DNA of 64,000 nucleotides from Raja brachyura (lineage: Eukaryota): contig OY740792.1 of assembly GCA_963514005.1 (NCBI GenBank), positions 21,080,001-21,144,000 on the forward strand, read 5' to 3'. The notes beneath the pieces are model-generated. The model was not told where the DNA came from, did no database searches, and saw only the letters and a list, made by a program, of their open reading frames with translations. The translations under genes were made by a program, and so were the position numbers. Positions within the stretch are counted from its first letter, which is position 1. Every line of letters begins with the position of its first letter. This document shows positions 10,914 through 22,515 of the stretch, one piece after another.

Positions 10914-12293
10914 CTAAGGATAAAAAGGAAGCCAAATTACACAATTCTAAATATCTTTTAAACGTACACCTGACGTTTAGTAGTTTCCTATGTACATTAG
11001 TATATTGAACACTACCATTACTTAATGATTTAATACAGTACGAAACAAGGTCATCCAGCCCATTTGAATTATATGGGAACCTAACAGAGCAATCCCATCA
11101 GTTCCATACCACCCCTTATTTCCTTACAACACTCACTCACATGCCAACAAGTCACCTCTCATTCTTTTGCCACTTACAGTACTTACATTAGAGTTATTGA
11201 TTGCGCTTATTGAGAAACAAGAGACTGTATATGCTGAAATCTTGAGAAAGAAACAAACAGCTGAAGGAATTCAAGGGGTCAGGAAGCAACCAATTAGGGG
11301 AATGGACAGAGAATGTTTTGGGTCGGGACCCTTGCTTGGACTGGGGTGAAGGGGAGATTGCTGCTAGAAAGAGGTGATGGGTTTGTGGTGATTGCCCTCT
11401 ACTCCACCAGTCTGAAGACGGGCCTCAATCTGAAATGTCATCTGTCCATTTCCCTTCACAGGTAATGTATGTTCCACTGAGTTCAACCAACAGTTTGTGT
11501 TCAGCACATTTTGAGTTGGGCTAATAAACTGCAGCATCTAGAGAAAATGCATATTGTCACATGAAGAATGTTAACTCCACAAATAGAATAATTTTGGGCA
11601 CCATATTGGAGGAAGGATGTACCAGGATTGTGCCCAACAAATTTGAAGCAATGGTGATATATATCGACGTCAAATTGGTGTATGGCTGGGAGGGCAACTT
11701 CGAAATGGTGATCTTCCCATGTTTTCCTGCCTTCATCATTCTAGCTGGAAGTGATTGTGGGCTTGGAAGCTGCTGTCTATGGAATTGTGGTGAGTTGCTG
11801 CAACACATCCTGTCGACAGTACAAACTCTTGCTACAACGCATCAGTGGTGAAGTAGGTGATGTGTTTTGGACTAGGCTGCCTATCAGGTGGGCTACTATG
11901 TCCTGTATAAAAGCCTGCTTGTTTGTTGAATGCTGTTGAAGCTGCACTCATCCAGGCAAGTGGAGAGTATTCCATCATGCTCCTGATCTATTCCCCATTA
12001 CCTCATTATCCTTCTCAATTGCAGAGCACAAATTTCATGAAAGAAGCACATTGATTAAATAATTCAGCAGGTACATGGAAATCCATTAATTCCACAAGGA
12101 GTGCATTGGACTTCTTATTTCCTATAATTGGCGCCAAGGCTTTGCATGAGTTGAACGCAAAACAGTGAAGCAACAAATGCCCCCTATGCATAATCATTTA
12201 GATATAGGCTTCACACAAGTGACCTGAACACATAGTTTTTATAGTACAGCATTCTGGAGCTCACACCCAAGACACAAGTAATGTCGAAAGTAC

Positions 12294-12437
12294 CTGTGAC
12301 TTCACTAAATCTTATTTTAGTTGGTTCAAATTTTATGGCTGGGTTCAACACATGTGGAGGAGAGTCAGATACTGGCTGCTTATGACCTGGCAGTAAGGTG
12401 ACCACATTAGGAGTTTTTGAAGATGATACTGTATGGT
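12294..12437 (-). CDS. Diverged 144-nt phase-1 exon (DHTVSSSKTPNVVTLLPGHKQPVSDSPPHVLNPAIKFEPTKIRFSEVT)
   Basis: Acceptor tttatttcctcag|AC, donor ACAG|gtactt. Homologous to the young unit. Confidence 0.8.
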
Positions 12438-13069
12438 CTGAGGAAATAAAAAGGTAGCACGATTTTTTAAAACGTCTCCCATGTAAACATCCCCAAGGTA
12501 CCACAAAATAAATACTCCCTTTACGATAAAACATTAAAGGAATTCCAACACAAACACAAATTGACAATATACTTTTCATAAAACAATCCATAGATATTAA
12601 CAAATTAATTATTTACAGAAAATGTTGCACTTGAGTGAGATGACAACAGACAGTCCATGCATAATATTGCTTCCACAACCCAAAAGCCAATGATAATCTG
12701 AAAAGCTTTGATGTAAAGTAGATTTAATAAAATGAATGACAAATTATAGCCAAGTGCAATCTATAAACTAGATGAGGAAGGGACATTGACAAGTAATGCG
12801 TCAGAAAAAAGCAAAGGTGGTTCAAGTCTTTGTGAATTGCAGTGGATTGTTCATTCCATATAAATTGTGCAACTGGAATGAATGGATTCCATGCAAGACA
12901 ATGACAGCATGTACATCTCCCACGCAGACTGACTGAACACTAAACTAGAAAGGAGTGGCATGGCAACTGCAGCATGTGTCTCCACTTTCAGACACTTGAG
13001 CACAAATTTCAACATGCAACTATGATTTACCTCATCCCCAAGTTCAGACACAAATATTGTCAGAAGTAC

Positions 13070-13207
13070 CTGTAACTTCAGTAACTCGTATTTTAGTTGG
13101 TACAGATTCAGGGATCGAAGTGAACACAGGAGTGTCAATGATTTGTGGTTTAGACCCTGAACTTGTTCTGAACATGTTAGGAGTGTCAGCGGTTGGCTCC
13201 ATGTAGC
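13070..13207 (-). CDS. 138-nt phase-1 exon (GYMEPTADTPNMFRTSSGSKPQIIDTPVFTSIPESVPTKIRVTEVT)
   Basis: Acceptor tcttattccccag|GC, donor ACAG|gtactt, open frame (not the frame shown in the ORF track). Confidence 0.8.
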
Positions 13208-13980
13208 CTGGGGAATAAGAAAGAAGCCAGACACAAAAATTCTTAACCCCGCATTAAAATAAATCATTTATTATTTTGCTGATATTGTTTGATTCCTCTA
13301 TGCCATTAGAATATTAAATAAACCAAAAGATCATTCATTCATTATATAAACATACATATTCAAGTGCAACCATTTATTATGAAAAATATTTTTCTTTTCT
13401 TTTGCTGATAAACAATGAATAATTAATTGCATGTATCTCATAATGCATCAAATATGAGTGATTTAACAATTAGTAATCCATGCAATATTGTTTCACTACA
13501 TCAAAGCTAATTATCATTCACTAAATTTCACAACGATAAAACCATGATCCATTCACAAACACTGAACAGCCAAACAAACTCCAAAGTCAATAAGTAAGCG
13601 CATTGACAAACTAAACCAACAAAGATAGGCAAGATGGTAAATACAGATATGCAGTGGATTGCTCCCTTTATATATGGTATGAATTGACACTGAATGAGGT
13701 GCAACAAAGATTCGCACAAACTAACAAATGCACCTATAAGCACAGCATTTTAATGCAAATTTCAGACAAAGGTCTACAAATTCAATCACTTTGGATTTGA
13801 CGTTGTGAACGGTTGATGAGTAACAAAAGCAGTACACAGACACAAACTGTCATGTGTGGCAGCGAGGCCCATGAACTGTTATAGAACATAGAACAGTGAA
13901 GCACAAGAACAGGCCCTTCAGCCAAACATGATGCTAGACAATCTCTTATCTACCTACACATAATACATAACCCTCCATTT

Positions 13981-14212
13981 AGAAACATAGACATAGAAAT
14001 TAGGTGCAGGAGTAGGCCATTCGGCCCTTTGAGCCTGCACCGCCATTCAATATGATCATGGCTGATCATCCAACTCAGTTTCCCGTACCTGCCTTCTCTC
14101 CATACCCTCTGATCCCCTTAGCCACAAGGGCCACATCTAACTCCCTCTTAAATATAGCCAATGAACTGGCCTCAACTACCCTCTGTGGCAAAGAGTTCCA
14201 GAGACCCACCAC
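13981..14212 (-). mobile_element. CR1 3'-end fragment within older LINE/SINE debris (~13880-14420)
   Basis: agaaacatagacatagaaa tail; LWNSLPQRVVEASSLAIFKRELD on minus. Confidence 0.8.
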
Positions 14213-15344
14213 TTCTTGCCTATCCATATGCTGATTCAAAAGTCTCTTTAATGCCACTATCATATTCGTCTCAAGCACTACCCCCCCGGCTTTGTATTCC
14301 ACCCTCTGCGTAAAAACCTGCCCCGCACATCTCCTTTAAACTTTGCCCCTCTCACCTGAAAGGCTAGATCCTCTAGTATTTGATTTTTCCATCCTATCTA
14401 TGCCGTTCATAATTTTAAGCTGCATCATAACCTCCGGACTCTTACACTCAATGCCCCGACATATGACAGCAAGCATATCATATGCCTTCTTTATCACTTG
14501 GAATCATCTTGCAGGATGCTTGATTGAAAGCTGAAAGAGGGGTGTGGAGGTGTGGATGTTGGCTGTTTGGAGAAGTCAATGGTTGACTGCGGTCTGGGAG
14601 AAGTGTCTCAAGGGATAAAAAATGGACAGGCAGAGACAGGAATATTGTAACAGAGCAGGGAGAGGGGTAGCGGGTTGCTGCAGGGATGTGTCCAGAGTTA
14701 ATTGAGTTGTAGAGAGTGTAGGAATCTGATTGGGGTACATGGATAGGATGGTATTTGAACGCCCCTTCGGGGTCTTGGGAGTGCAGGATTGAAAGTCCAA
14801 TTAAGTCATGGCTGTGTTGGTATTCAGTGGTGAGTTGAAGCGGCTATGAGGCAATGGTGTGGCATTAGCTAAAGGTCATCATTTGGTTAAGGAGTAGGGG
14901 CTGGGGGTCTGTTGGTTGAGTGAGATGGGTGGGTTGGCAGAGCATGATGAGAGCTAGTAGCTAACTAAATTAATATTCCCCTGCTCAAATTGGGCTCCTA
15001 GTGTTGGGAAGGTCTCATTTAAGAGAGCTTTCTTTAAATCAAGCTATTAAAGAAATAGCAGAATTGTAAAAATCTGGTTGTTCCTAGTGTGTCCAAGGGT
15101 AGGCACATGTTTGTATTAGCTCGTGCCGGTCAAATCTTTAAAGGGGCATTGCACCAGAATGATAATGGAAATAGCATCAAATCACTAGTGGAAATGGCTG
15201 GTCATATTTGTCCCTGAAATGGTCACAAGTGTGTTGCAATCCAGACACAATCAATTTTCATGCAACTGAATTTCTAAGCTGAAGTTTAAACTTTTAATTT
15301 AGCACAAATGCGAACAAACAACATACAAACGTGGTCAATAATAC

Positions 15345-15482
15345 TTGTAACATCAGCATCTCTTGTTATAGCTTTTACAGATTTGGGGTTTGGATTGAAC
15401 ACATATGGAGAGTCAAAGACCAAGAAGTTATGCCCTAACCATAATGGTTTCCATTGAACCATTGATAGTAATATATGTCCGT
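15345..15482 (-). pseudogene. Probable dead copy of the repeat exon (acceptor AG replaced by AA)
   Basis: Open 138-nt frame ending DSPYVFNPNPKSVKAITRDADVT with donor ACAA|gtatta. The pyrimidine tract ends ttctatAA rather than AG. Confidence 0.55.
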
Positions 15483-15957
15483 TTATAGAATGCAAAAGTG
15501 TGCAGAATAAAACACCCTTTATCATTAGAGTAAATTTAAGTGGATGCTATGGAATACCAAAATTATGTAATTAATTATTTTCATACATGACTAAATAATT
15601 AATTACTTAATTTTCAGCCAAATAAATGTATTATTCTGAAGATTTCTGATGAAAGAGCTAATAAGCAGACAGTCCATGCAGCAACACAATATAAAGACCA
15701 ATTATTATTCACCAATTAGAACAAATTTAGTACCAAATTGAAAGTTTACAGTCAAGCACACTCTTTAAACTTCAAGAAAAACACTGGTCAAATGATCTAA
15801 CAGAAAAAAGTACTACATTTAAAATTCCTACATTAACTGTGCAAGGTGTGGTATAGCATTTACAGCATATGTCCTTGCTCTATTATTTTACACAATTCTC
15901 AACAGGCAACTACTCCAACCCTGGGTTCACAAAAAAACATGAATATCCTCAAAATAC

Positions 15958-16098
15958 CTGCAACATCAACAACTGGCCTGTAAGCTCGTTCTGATGCTGG
16001 AATTCTATTGAATAAATTAGGTGGCTTGGTGGGTTTTAGTTTACAGCTAGAGAGCAATTTGAAGAAATGAGTAGTATTAGAGGGTGGCATTGTATAGA
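15958..16098 (-). CDS. 141-nt phase-1 exon (VYTMPPSNTTHFFKLLSSCKLKPTKPPNLFNRIPASERAYRPVVDVA)
   Basis: Acceptor ttatcccttcag|TC, donor GCAG|gtattt, open frame. Confidence 0.7.
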
Positions 16099-16740
16099 CT
16101 GAAGGGATAAGACAAAAAGGCAGATACGAAATTCTTAATTTCTCATTAAAATAGTCACTTGTTTTGATGAATGTATTTCTTTACTGTTATGATTAATTGT
16201 ATTACATCACACCATTCTTCACCAATGTACCACCAATTCAGTCTCATCCATAAACTTACTAACAATGCAACTATATTCTCATCCCAATTGTTAATGTAGG
16301 TGACAAATAACAATGGGCCCAGCACCGATCTTACAGATCTTCAACCTGAAAAACAACTCTCCACCTATCACCCTCTGACATGTACCACCACCAACAAATA
16401 TTTTTGCACACTTCTTTTATATCATTACAATGTCATACCTTTGCAGAATAAATCTCATTTATTCCTTATACCATTGAATAGGTTCCTATTCACTCATAAT
16501 TCTGTGTTAAATTAGTCAGATTACAAAGAATGCAATGCCTATTTCAAGGAATTAGGCAATGTACTGTTCATTTTTTTCAATATATTTAACTTACTGCATG
16601 CAAGATTCATACAGGCTAACAAACATGTCTCACAAAAGTAACAAACATTAATTAACTGTGAATAGAAGATAGAGGTTGTGCAGCAGGTTTCCTAATTTTC
16701 TCACAATTTAACAACAAGACAGACACATTGTCGGAAGTAC

Positions 16741-16857
16741 CTGTAACTTCAGGACGTTCAGATTGTGCGATTGGATTGAACATGCAAGGGTTTGGCAGCT
16801 TAGAGCCTGATATTACAGTAATCGATTTAGGAGTGTGAAAGGTTGACATGGCATGGT
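16741..16857 (-). CDS. 117-nt phase-1 exon (DHAMSTFHTPKSITVISGSKLPNPCMFNPIAQSERPEVT)
   Basis: Acceptor ttattcccctcag|AC, donor ACAG|gtactt. Confidence 0.78.
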
Positions 16858-17437
16858 CTGAGGGGAATAAGAAGGAATTATGAAACAAATATTGTAATTC
16901 CCCATTGAGATAACGCACCCATGCATTCAAGAATTCAATTGTATTTATAGACATCATTAGAATAAAGTATTATTGCAGAAAAAAATCCTCCTTTTTGATA
17001 CAATAACAATAAATATCTCCCATGGCAAACATAAATTGCTGAATGCATGTTCAAGCAATACAGAGTAATCCATAATATAACGAGCAATATATTAATTTAA
17101 CATAATTCCAGATGTTTTAGTTAACTGTTATCGTAAGAGATATTCCATGCAACATTATGCAATCACTTGTAAAGGTTGATTAACACTTGACAGCTAAGCA
17201 CAATCTATAAATATGAAGGATGCACATTGCACAATAATTGTGCAACGATGCACAATAATTAAACAGAATGTTGACACTTAAGCTCATTTAACTTGGCAAA
17301 TAGATTCCAAGGTTTGTCAAATACATTTCATGCCCAAGGCAACCGATATTTGTGTTACTTTTGGATAAAACTCAGCATGCAAGTATTATTTATTTCATCA
17401 TGAAGTTGCGATCAAAATTGAAATATTGTCAAAGCAC

Positions 17438-17661
17438 ATGTGACCTCTATAAATCTGAAGAAGGGTCTCGACCCGAAACGTTGCCTATTTCCTTCGCTCC
17501 ATAGGTGCTGCCTCACCCGCTGAGTTTCTCCAGCATTCTTATCTACCTTCTATAAATTGAAAGGTAGTTGGCTCAGTTGCTGGAACATCTTGGCCATATT
17601 GGGAGTGTCAGTGGTTTGTTGTTTAGAACATGAGATTAATAGGAGTATCAATGATTGGTTT
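17438..17661 (-). pseudogene. Dead repeat exon interrupted by a Penelope-type insertion
   Basis: Flanks match the family (aaatattgtcaaag..., ggaataagaaagaatccagatactaaattcttaa). In-frame stops, degraded donor, insertion at 17455-17548. Confidence 0.6.
17455..17548 (+). mobile_element. Short Penelope-type insertion starting at a hammerhead core
   Basis: ctgaagaagggtctcgacccgaaacgtt...; 9-bp TSD tctataaat (17446-54 / 17549-57). Confidence 0.7.
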
Positions 17662-17961
17662 CTTAAGGAATAAGAAAGAATCCAGATACTAAATTCTTAA
17701 TCTTTCATTAAATTACAACAAACAAGCAGTTCACATAGCATCATTGTTGCTATCTAACAATATAGCCATAATTGGTTAACAGAGCCAGGCACACATTGAG
17801 CTCTATGAAAAAACAGCATTTACCAACTAACTCCATCAAGGATAAGCAAAATCTTATATCTCAGAAGATATGCAGTGAATTGTTCATTTCATAGAATTGT
17901 GCCTTTACATAATTAAACCACACAATATTTTCAACTGAGACACAAACATTCTCACATGTAC

Positions 17962-18102
17962 CTGTAGGTTCGATATCACTTATCGTAACAGATTCTGGTT
18001 CTGGGATTGGATAGATCACATTAGGGGTGTCAGTAACTGGAATTTCATGGTCTGCCATTAAAGTGGACACATTATTTATGTCAAACATTGGCACCTCATA
18101 GT
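17962..18102 (-). CDS. 141-nt phase-1 exon (DYEVPMFDINNVSTLMADHEIPVTDTPNVIYPIPEPESVTISDIEPT)
   Basis: Acceptor ttatcccctcag|AC, donor ACAG|gtacat, open frame. Confidence 0.8.
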
Positions 18103-18399
18103 CTGAGGGGATAAGAAGGAAATAATAGAAAATTCTTAATCTCACTTAAAGTTACACACATTCTTCCGATGACTATTGAAAACCAAAGCTATGTAGCAAA
18201 TGTAGTAAAATTGCCTTATTCTTGAGTTTTGATTAAACAGAATGAAATGTATGTAACTAATTTTTCATCTAAAAAACTATGCAAAAGATGTTAATAATAA
18301 CATTGTTAAAAAAAAGTGAGACAAATTAACGTAAATGTTTAATGAAATCTCATGAAATGTAATAACAAATAATGATAAAAAAGCCATTCACCCATTTAC

Positions 18400-19820
18400 T
18401 TGCCCTTATTGGCAACCTCTCAACTAGATATTGGCCCTATGATCTTTACATAATGCATGCCCTAGCCTAGCCTAACAGCTGTAATCTAGCCAGTAGGAGA
18501 TTGAAACCTATCGGATGGTCATGGCAGACAGCTCCAAGCAGCTTTAGTCTTCGATGGTAAGTTCACTACGTCGATGACTGTCAGCAATGTGGGATAATGG
18601 GCTTCAGGGTACTTGTAATGGAACTGTTAGAGATCTGTTAAAGGGTGGAAAGATGCTAGATCCCTAAAGAGAAAATCACGGGTCCTCCCAGGTGCAGTGT
18701 AAAGATACTACCAACATCTGTATTAGGCCTTTTTTTGTACTCGCAAGGGCATATGATTAAAGATTATGAAGAATCCTTCACAAATCTAGCTGTCCTACGA
18801 AATTCAATACTATTCAAAGCATGTGACAAAGAGATGCATGTTGTGATGGTAACCAACAAGTCCATCTCAAGGACAGTCTTTATGCACTCCAGGGACAAAC
18901 AAGCTGTGCCATCCAATACCCTCTCTGTATTCTTCACTTCAATACCAATAGATTTTGAACAGCAATGTGGTTAATTTATAGAAGATCCAACCCTCATTGT
19001 CTTCACTACTTGCAGATACTCCATCAACTTCCTTCATCAATTTAATTTGCCGACAGAACTTACGAAAGTGACTACTGAAATCTCCAAGTTATTGTTGGCT
19101 CTTTTACAGGAGCAAACAAAAGAATGAAACATGCACTAAACATCGGTAAGGCCCTTTACATATCTGCCACTACCTCACTGATAACCATTGTTTATAGATG
19201 GAGCTTGGAAAGCATGGACCACTTTCCACATCTTAGCAGCCATCTCACAGCAAAAGCAGACATAATTGATGAAGGATAGCACAGCATCCTGTGCATCAGC
19301 AAAATTATCATTGATGACCAATATCTCAAACCAGCATCAAGCTCATGGTTAACTGAGCAGCAGCAATTCTCAACTTCCTGTAATGTTCAAGAGTTATGGA
19401 TAGCCATCAGTAGGCTCCTCAATGCACTGAATACCACTGCTGCTGCATCCATAACACTTCAATTGGCAGATAAGAAAAACTATGCCAACATTCTCTCCTG
19501 GGCAAATGTCACACTCAACCAACCACCTAGATGATCCAGGTTCTTCCAAGAACTTCTAAAAATCTATACGAAATATTGTGACATCCTCACCAACCCATGG
19601 GAATCCTTGGTCCATCATGGGTGGATGTGATGGCCATTCATAAACAGCATAAGGAATGCACAGAATTCCACACTACAATGTCACCTGGCCCATATGGTTC
19701 CACCTGACTCAGCTGAGATAGTCTGTGACTTAGGCCAAGGAATTTTCAGCCACCTTAAAATACAAAGAACTGGAGTAGATGCATATCACCATGGATCCGG
19801 AGGAACTGCCCAAGAAGGAA
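18400..19820 (+). mobile_element. Old degraded RTE-clade LINE fragment
   Basis: Remnant near 19200-19250 reads ELGKHGPLS/DHFPHLSSHL across frameshifts, resembling the RTE motif VDHFPYLGS. Many stops; boundaries approximate. Confidence 0.4.
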
Positions 19821-21179
19821 TTGAAGTCAGTTTCACAGAGTCATAAAGTGATACAGTGTGGGAATCAAGCCTTTCGGTCCAACTTGCCCATAGCAGCCAG
19901 CATGTCCCAGCTATACTAGTCCCACCTGCCAGCATTTGGTCCATATCCTTCCAAACCTGTCCTATCCATGTTTCTGGGTAAGAGCAAGTAGAATGTTGCT
20001 TGGAGAACTGTGAGATCAGGGAAAATGAACTCTGAGCTGTATCAATACCGATATTTGCCTAACTCGGCTTCATTGGAAAATAGCACTGTTTTGGAATTGA
20101 TCTTATTCTCTGATTTCAAAATTGGAACAATTCCCAAGTTAGAACTACTGTATTTAGTCATGTCATAAAATCATGAACAATGCTTAGTCATTATGGTAAT
20201 TAATTAAATATTATTTAAAATAACCAGTACAAAAGCAATATGAAAACAAATGGAAAACCAAACAATGTCAAATATTTTTCATTCAAGCCATAACTGGCTG
20301 TTAGACATTTTAGACCCAAGCACAGTCACCAAGCTTCATGAAGTGAATTGTTTGATCACAGAATTCAACGCACAACACACAATAAGTGCTGAAATATGAT
20401 GAATAATGCAGCAAATTGCTATTTTCCCCCCAAAATTATTTTGTACAGTGACAAATGAGAATCATGCAAGACAGTGAAGTGCCAACAAATATGCATTATG
20501 AAAAGTACAATGAACATTAAATCAACTAAGAAGGTGCAGCATAGCATCTATGTGGCATACTATTTGATACCATGCAAACCTGAACAAATCCTGTTAATTA
20601 TTTAGTACATTCCTGAGTATATACCAGGAATGGAACTCCCATATTATTTTCAAATATTGTGATTGAACTGAACACATTAGGAATGCCAAAGTTTGGTCCC
20701 TCATAGTCTGCAGCTGACAATAAGGAAGCCAAATAAAAAGTCTTAAATTGTCAGGAAGATAAATGTTCCACTGTGCATCATTATAACGTAACCAGATTGT
20801 ATCATTGGTCTTATTCTTTCACCATAAAAACATTCAATATACAGTATTCAGATGTGCACCATGTGGTCTCTTACAATATTAAATTATACACAACATTTCA
20901 CTCATTAATTCAAATTCTTCAAAATAATTCATGCTGGCAATAATTTTTTCACTACAGAAAAACTAATTAAGACCCAATAAACTTCACAATGTAGCCTCGA
21001 AGAAATGACAACCAATTTACAGCCAAACAGCCATTAATGAAATGTTGACCAAATATTCCAACAAAAAAATGCTCCATCATCCAAAATTTCCACTAAAATG
21101 TTAGCAGTTCTGAGTGGAACTGCAGAACCAGGGAATTCAGAACTACTGTACATGCTTGCATGCATGTAGAAATCCAGAT

Positions 21180-21500
21180 CATAGAGTCACAGTGTTATCG
21201 AGAGATACAGCACTAAATGTGTCCTTCTGCCCATTAAGTCCTGGGCAACTATCCACTACTCATTTACACTATTTTACATTGATCCCATTTTTTATTTTCC
21301 CCTCCTGCCTATCAAGTCACCCCTGATTTTAATGCTCAGCTCCACGCGGCCAATAAATCTACCAACCAGCACATCTATGGGATATTGTAGCAAATCAGAA
21401 CACCAAAAGCTTACTTGTGCATTCAGAGGGAGAAGCTGCAAACTCCACGCACACAGTACCGAAACCAGGAATAAACCCGGGAAACTGGGAAAGAGAGCCC
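21180..21500 (-). mobile_element. Degraded V-SINE/HE1-like SINE
   Basis: gggagaagctgcaaactccacgcacacag is the reverse complement of a V-domain-like core. Confidence 0.5.
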
Positions 21501-22398
21501 AGTGTGACCTCCCTCACCACATGGAGTGCAATGGCCCAAGAAGGGAATGGCAATAATCTTTGTCCCTGTTGCTGATTCTCACATTCAGAGATTGAGAGCA
21601 AAATGGGAGGTCTGTAATGTTAGGGTGGCAGTGTGAGGAAACCCTGTTCAAACACTAAGTGTTCCGCGACCAACTACCCATTCTGAGTTCAGGTTAAAAG
21701 GACATCGACCTTAAACATTAATTCTGCTTCTCCTTCCAAAGACACTAACCTGCCTACTAAGTGTACAGCTCAAAATCTATTTTTGTTACTGTAAGCTAAA
21801 AATACTAAAGCTGTTTGTCACATTGTTTAAAAGAGCTAAGTGTCGATCACAGCAATTGCTTGTCAATTTCAACAACCTCTGCAGTGTAACTGTGGGGACG
21901 CTCCATCTGCCCCATCCAAATTCCGTTATAAATGCTTCTGCAACCTATCCTCTCTAGAGGGGTGACTTTGTATCACTTTGAAAGTTTATTATAAGTTTTA
22001 AATGGTTTATTATTTTACATTTTTAAATTGTGAATATTTAATTTTTTTTTAATTTAAAATGTTTTTTTGCAAACACAAGACTATATTAGAGCATGGCTTC
22101 CATGAATGTAGTTCAGGACCTTGTCCATCTTCTCAGAGCCAATGACTTAGTGGAAGTGAGAGGCCTTCACAGAATAAGACTAGATTGAGTGCATTGGTGA
22201 CCAAGCAAAAGCAACCTTGTGGAAACAGTGACATTGAATGATTTCATGCAAAACATAAAAGCTACTTTGCGTAACGGTATGGTATTGTGTGTACAGCACA
22301 TGACCATATTTTTGACAACTCAGCAAAGGTGTTAACACACACGTATATGTACTCATTCCTCAGCCTTACATACAAAGCACACATATTGTCAGAAGTAC

Positions 22399-22515
22399 CT
22401 GTTGGTTCAGTATCTGTGCTCTGTGTGATTGGATTGAACACCTGTGAAGAGTCGGAGGCCACCAACTCATTGTCTGACATTAAAGTGAACACTTTAGAAG
22501 TGTCAAAGGATGGCA
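22399..22515 (-). CDS. 117-nt phase-1 exon (VPSFDTSKVFTLMSDNELVASDSSQVFNPITQSTDTEPT)
   Basis: Acceptor ttcttttcctcttag|TG, donor ACAG|gtactt. Confidence 0.8.

Larger units (their letters stand above)
1421..11150 (-). repeat. Tandem array of ~600-bp exon+intron units (nine exon-bearing units plus a partial one), interrupted by two TE insertions
   Basis: Recurring blocks such as gggaatgtctgtggcttgc, ttcatggtcttcta, gtagtttcctatg and cacattgtcgccaacaatga. Spacing between uninterrupted exons is 573-626 bp. Confidence 0.95.

Noticed and set aside
1792-10944. Minus-strand 67-109 aa ORFs (MASFLS...MCILCLK) as standalone small genes
   Set aside because: Their starts vary and are mostly non-ATG, and their ends are translated splice signals (FLSL = pyrimidine tract, G = G|gt). 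The older homologues conserve only the AG-to-GT segment.
1421-11150. CRISPR-like or prokaryotic repeat system
   Set aside because: Units are ~600 bp and homologous throughout, with no unique spacers or cas genes. The context is vertebrate intronic DNA.
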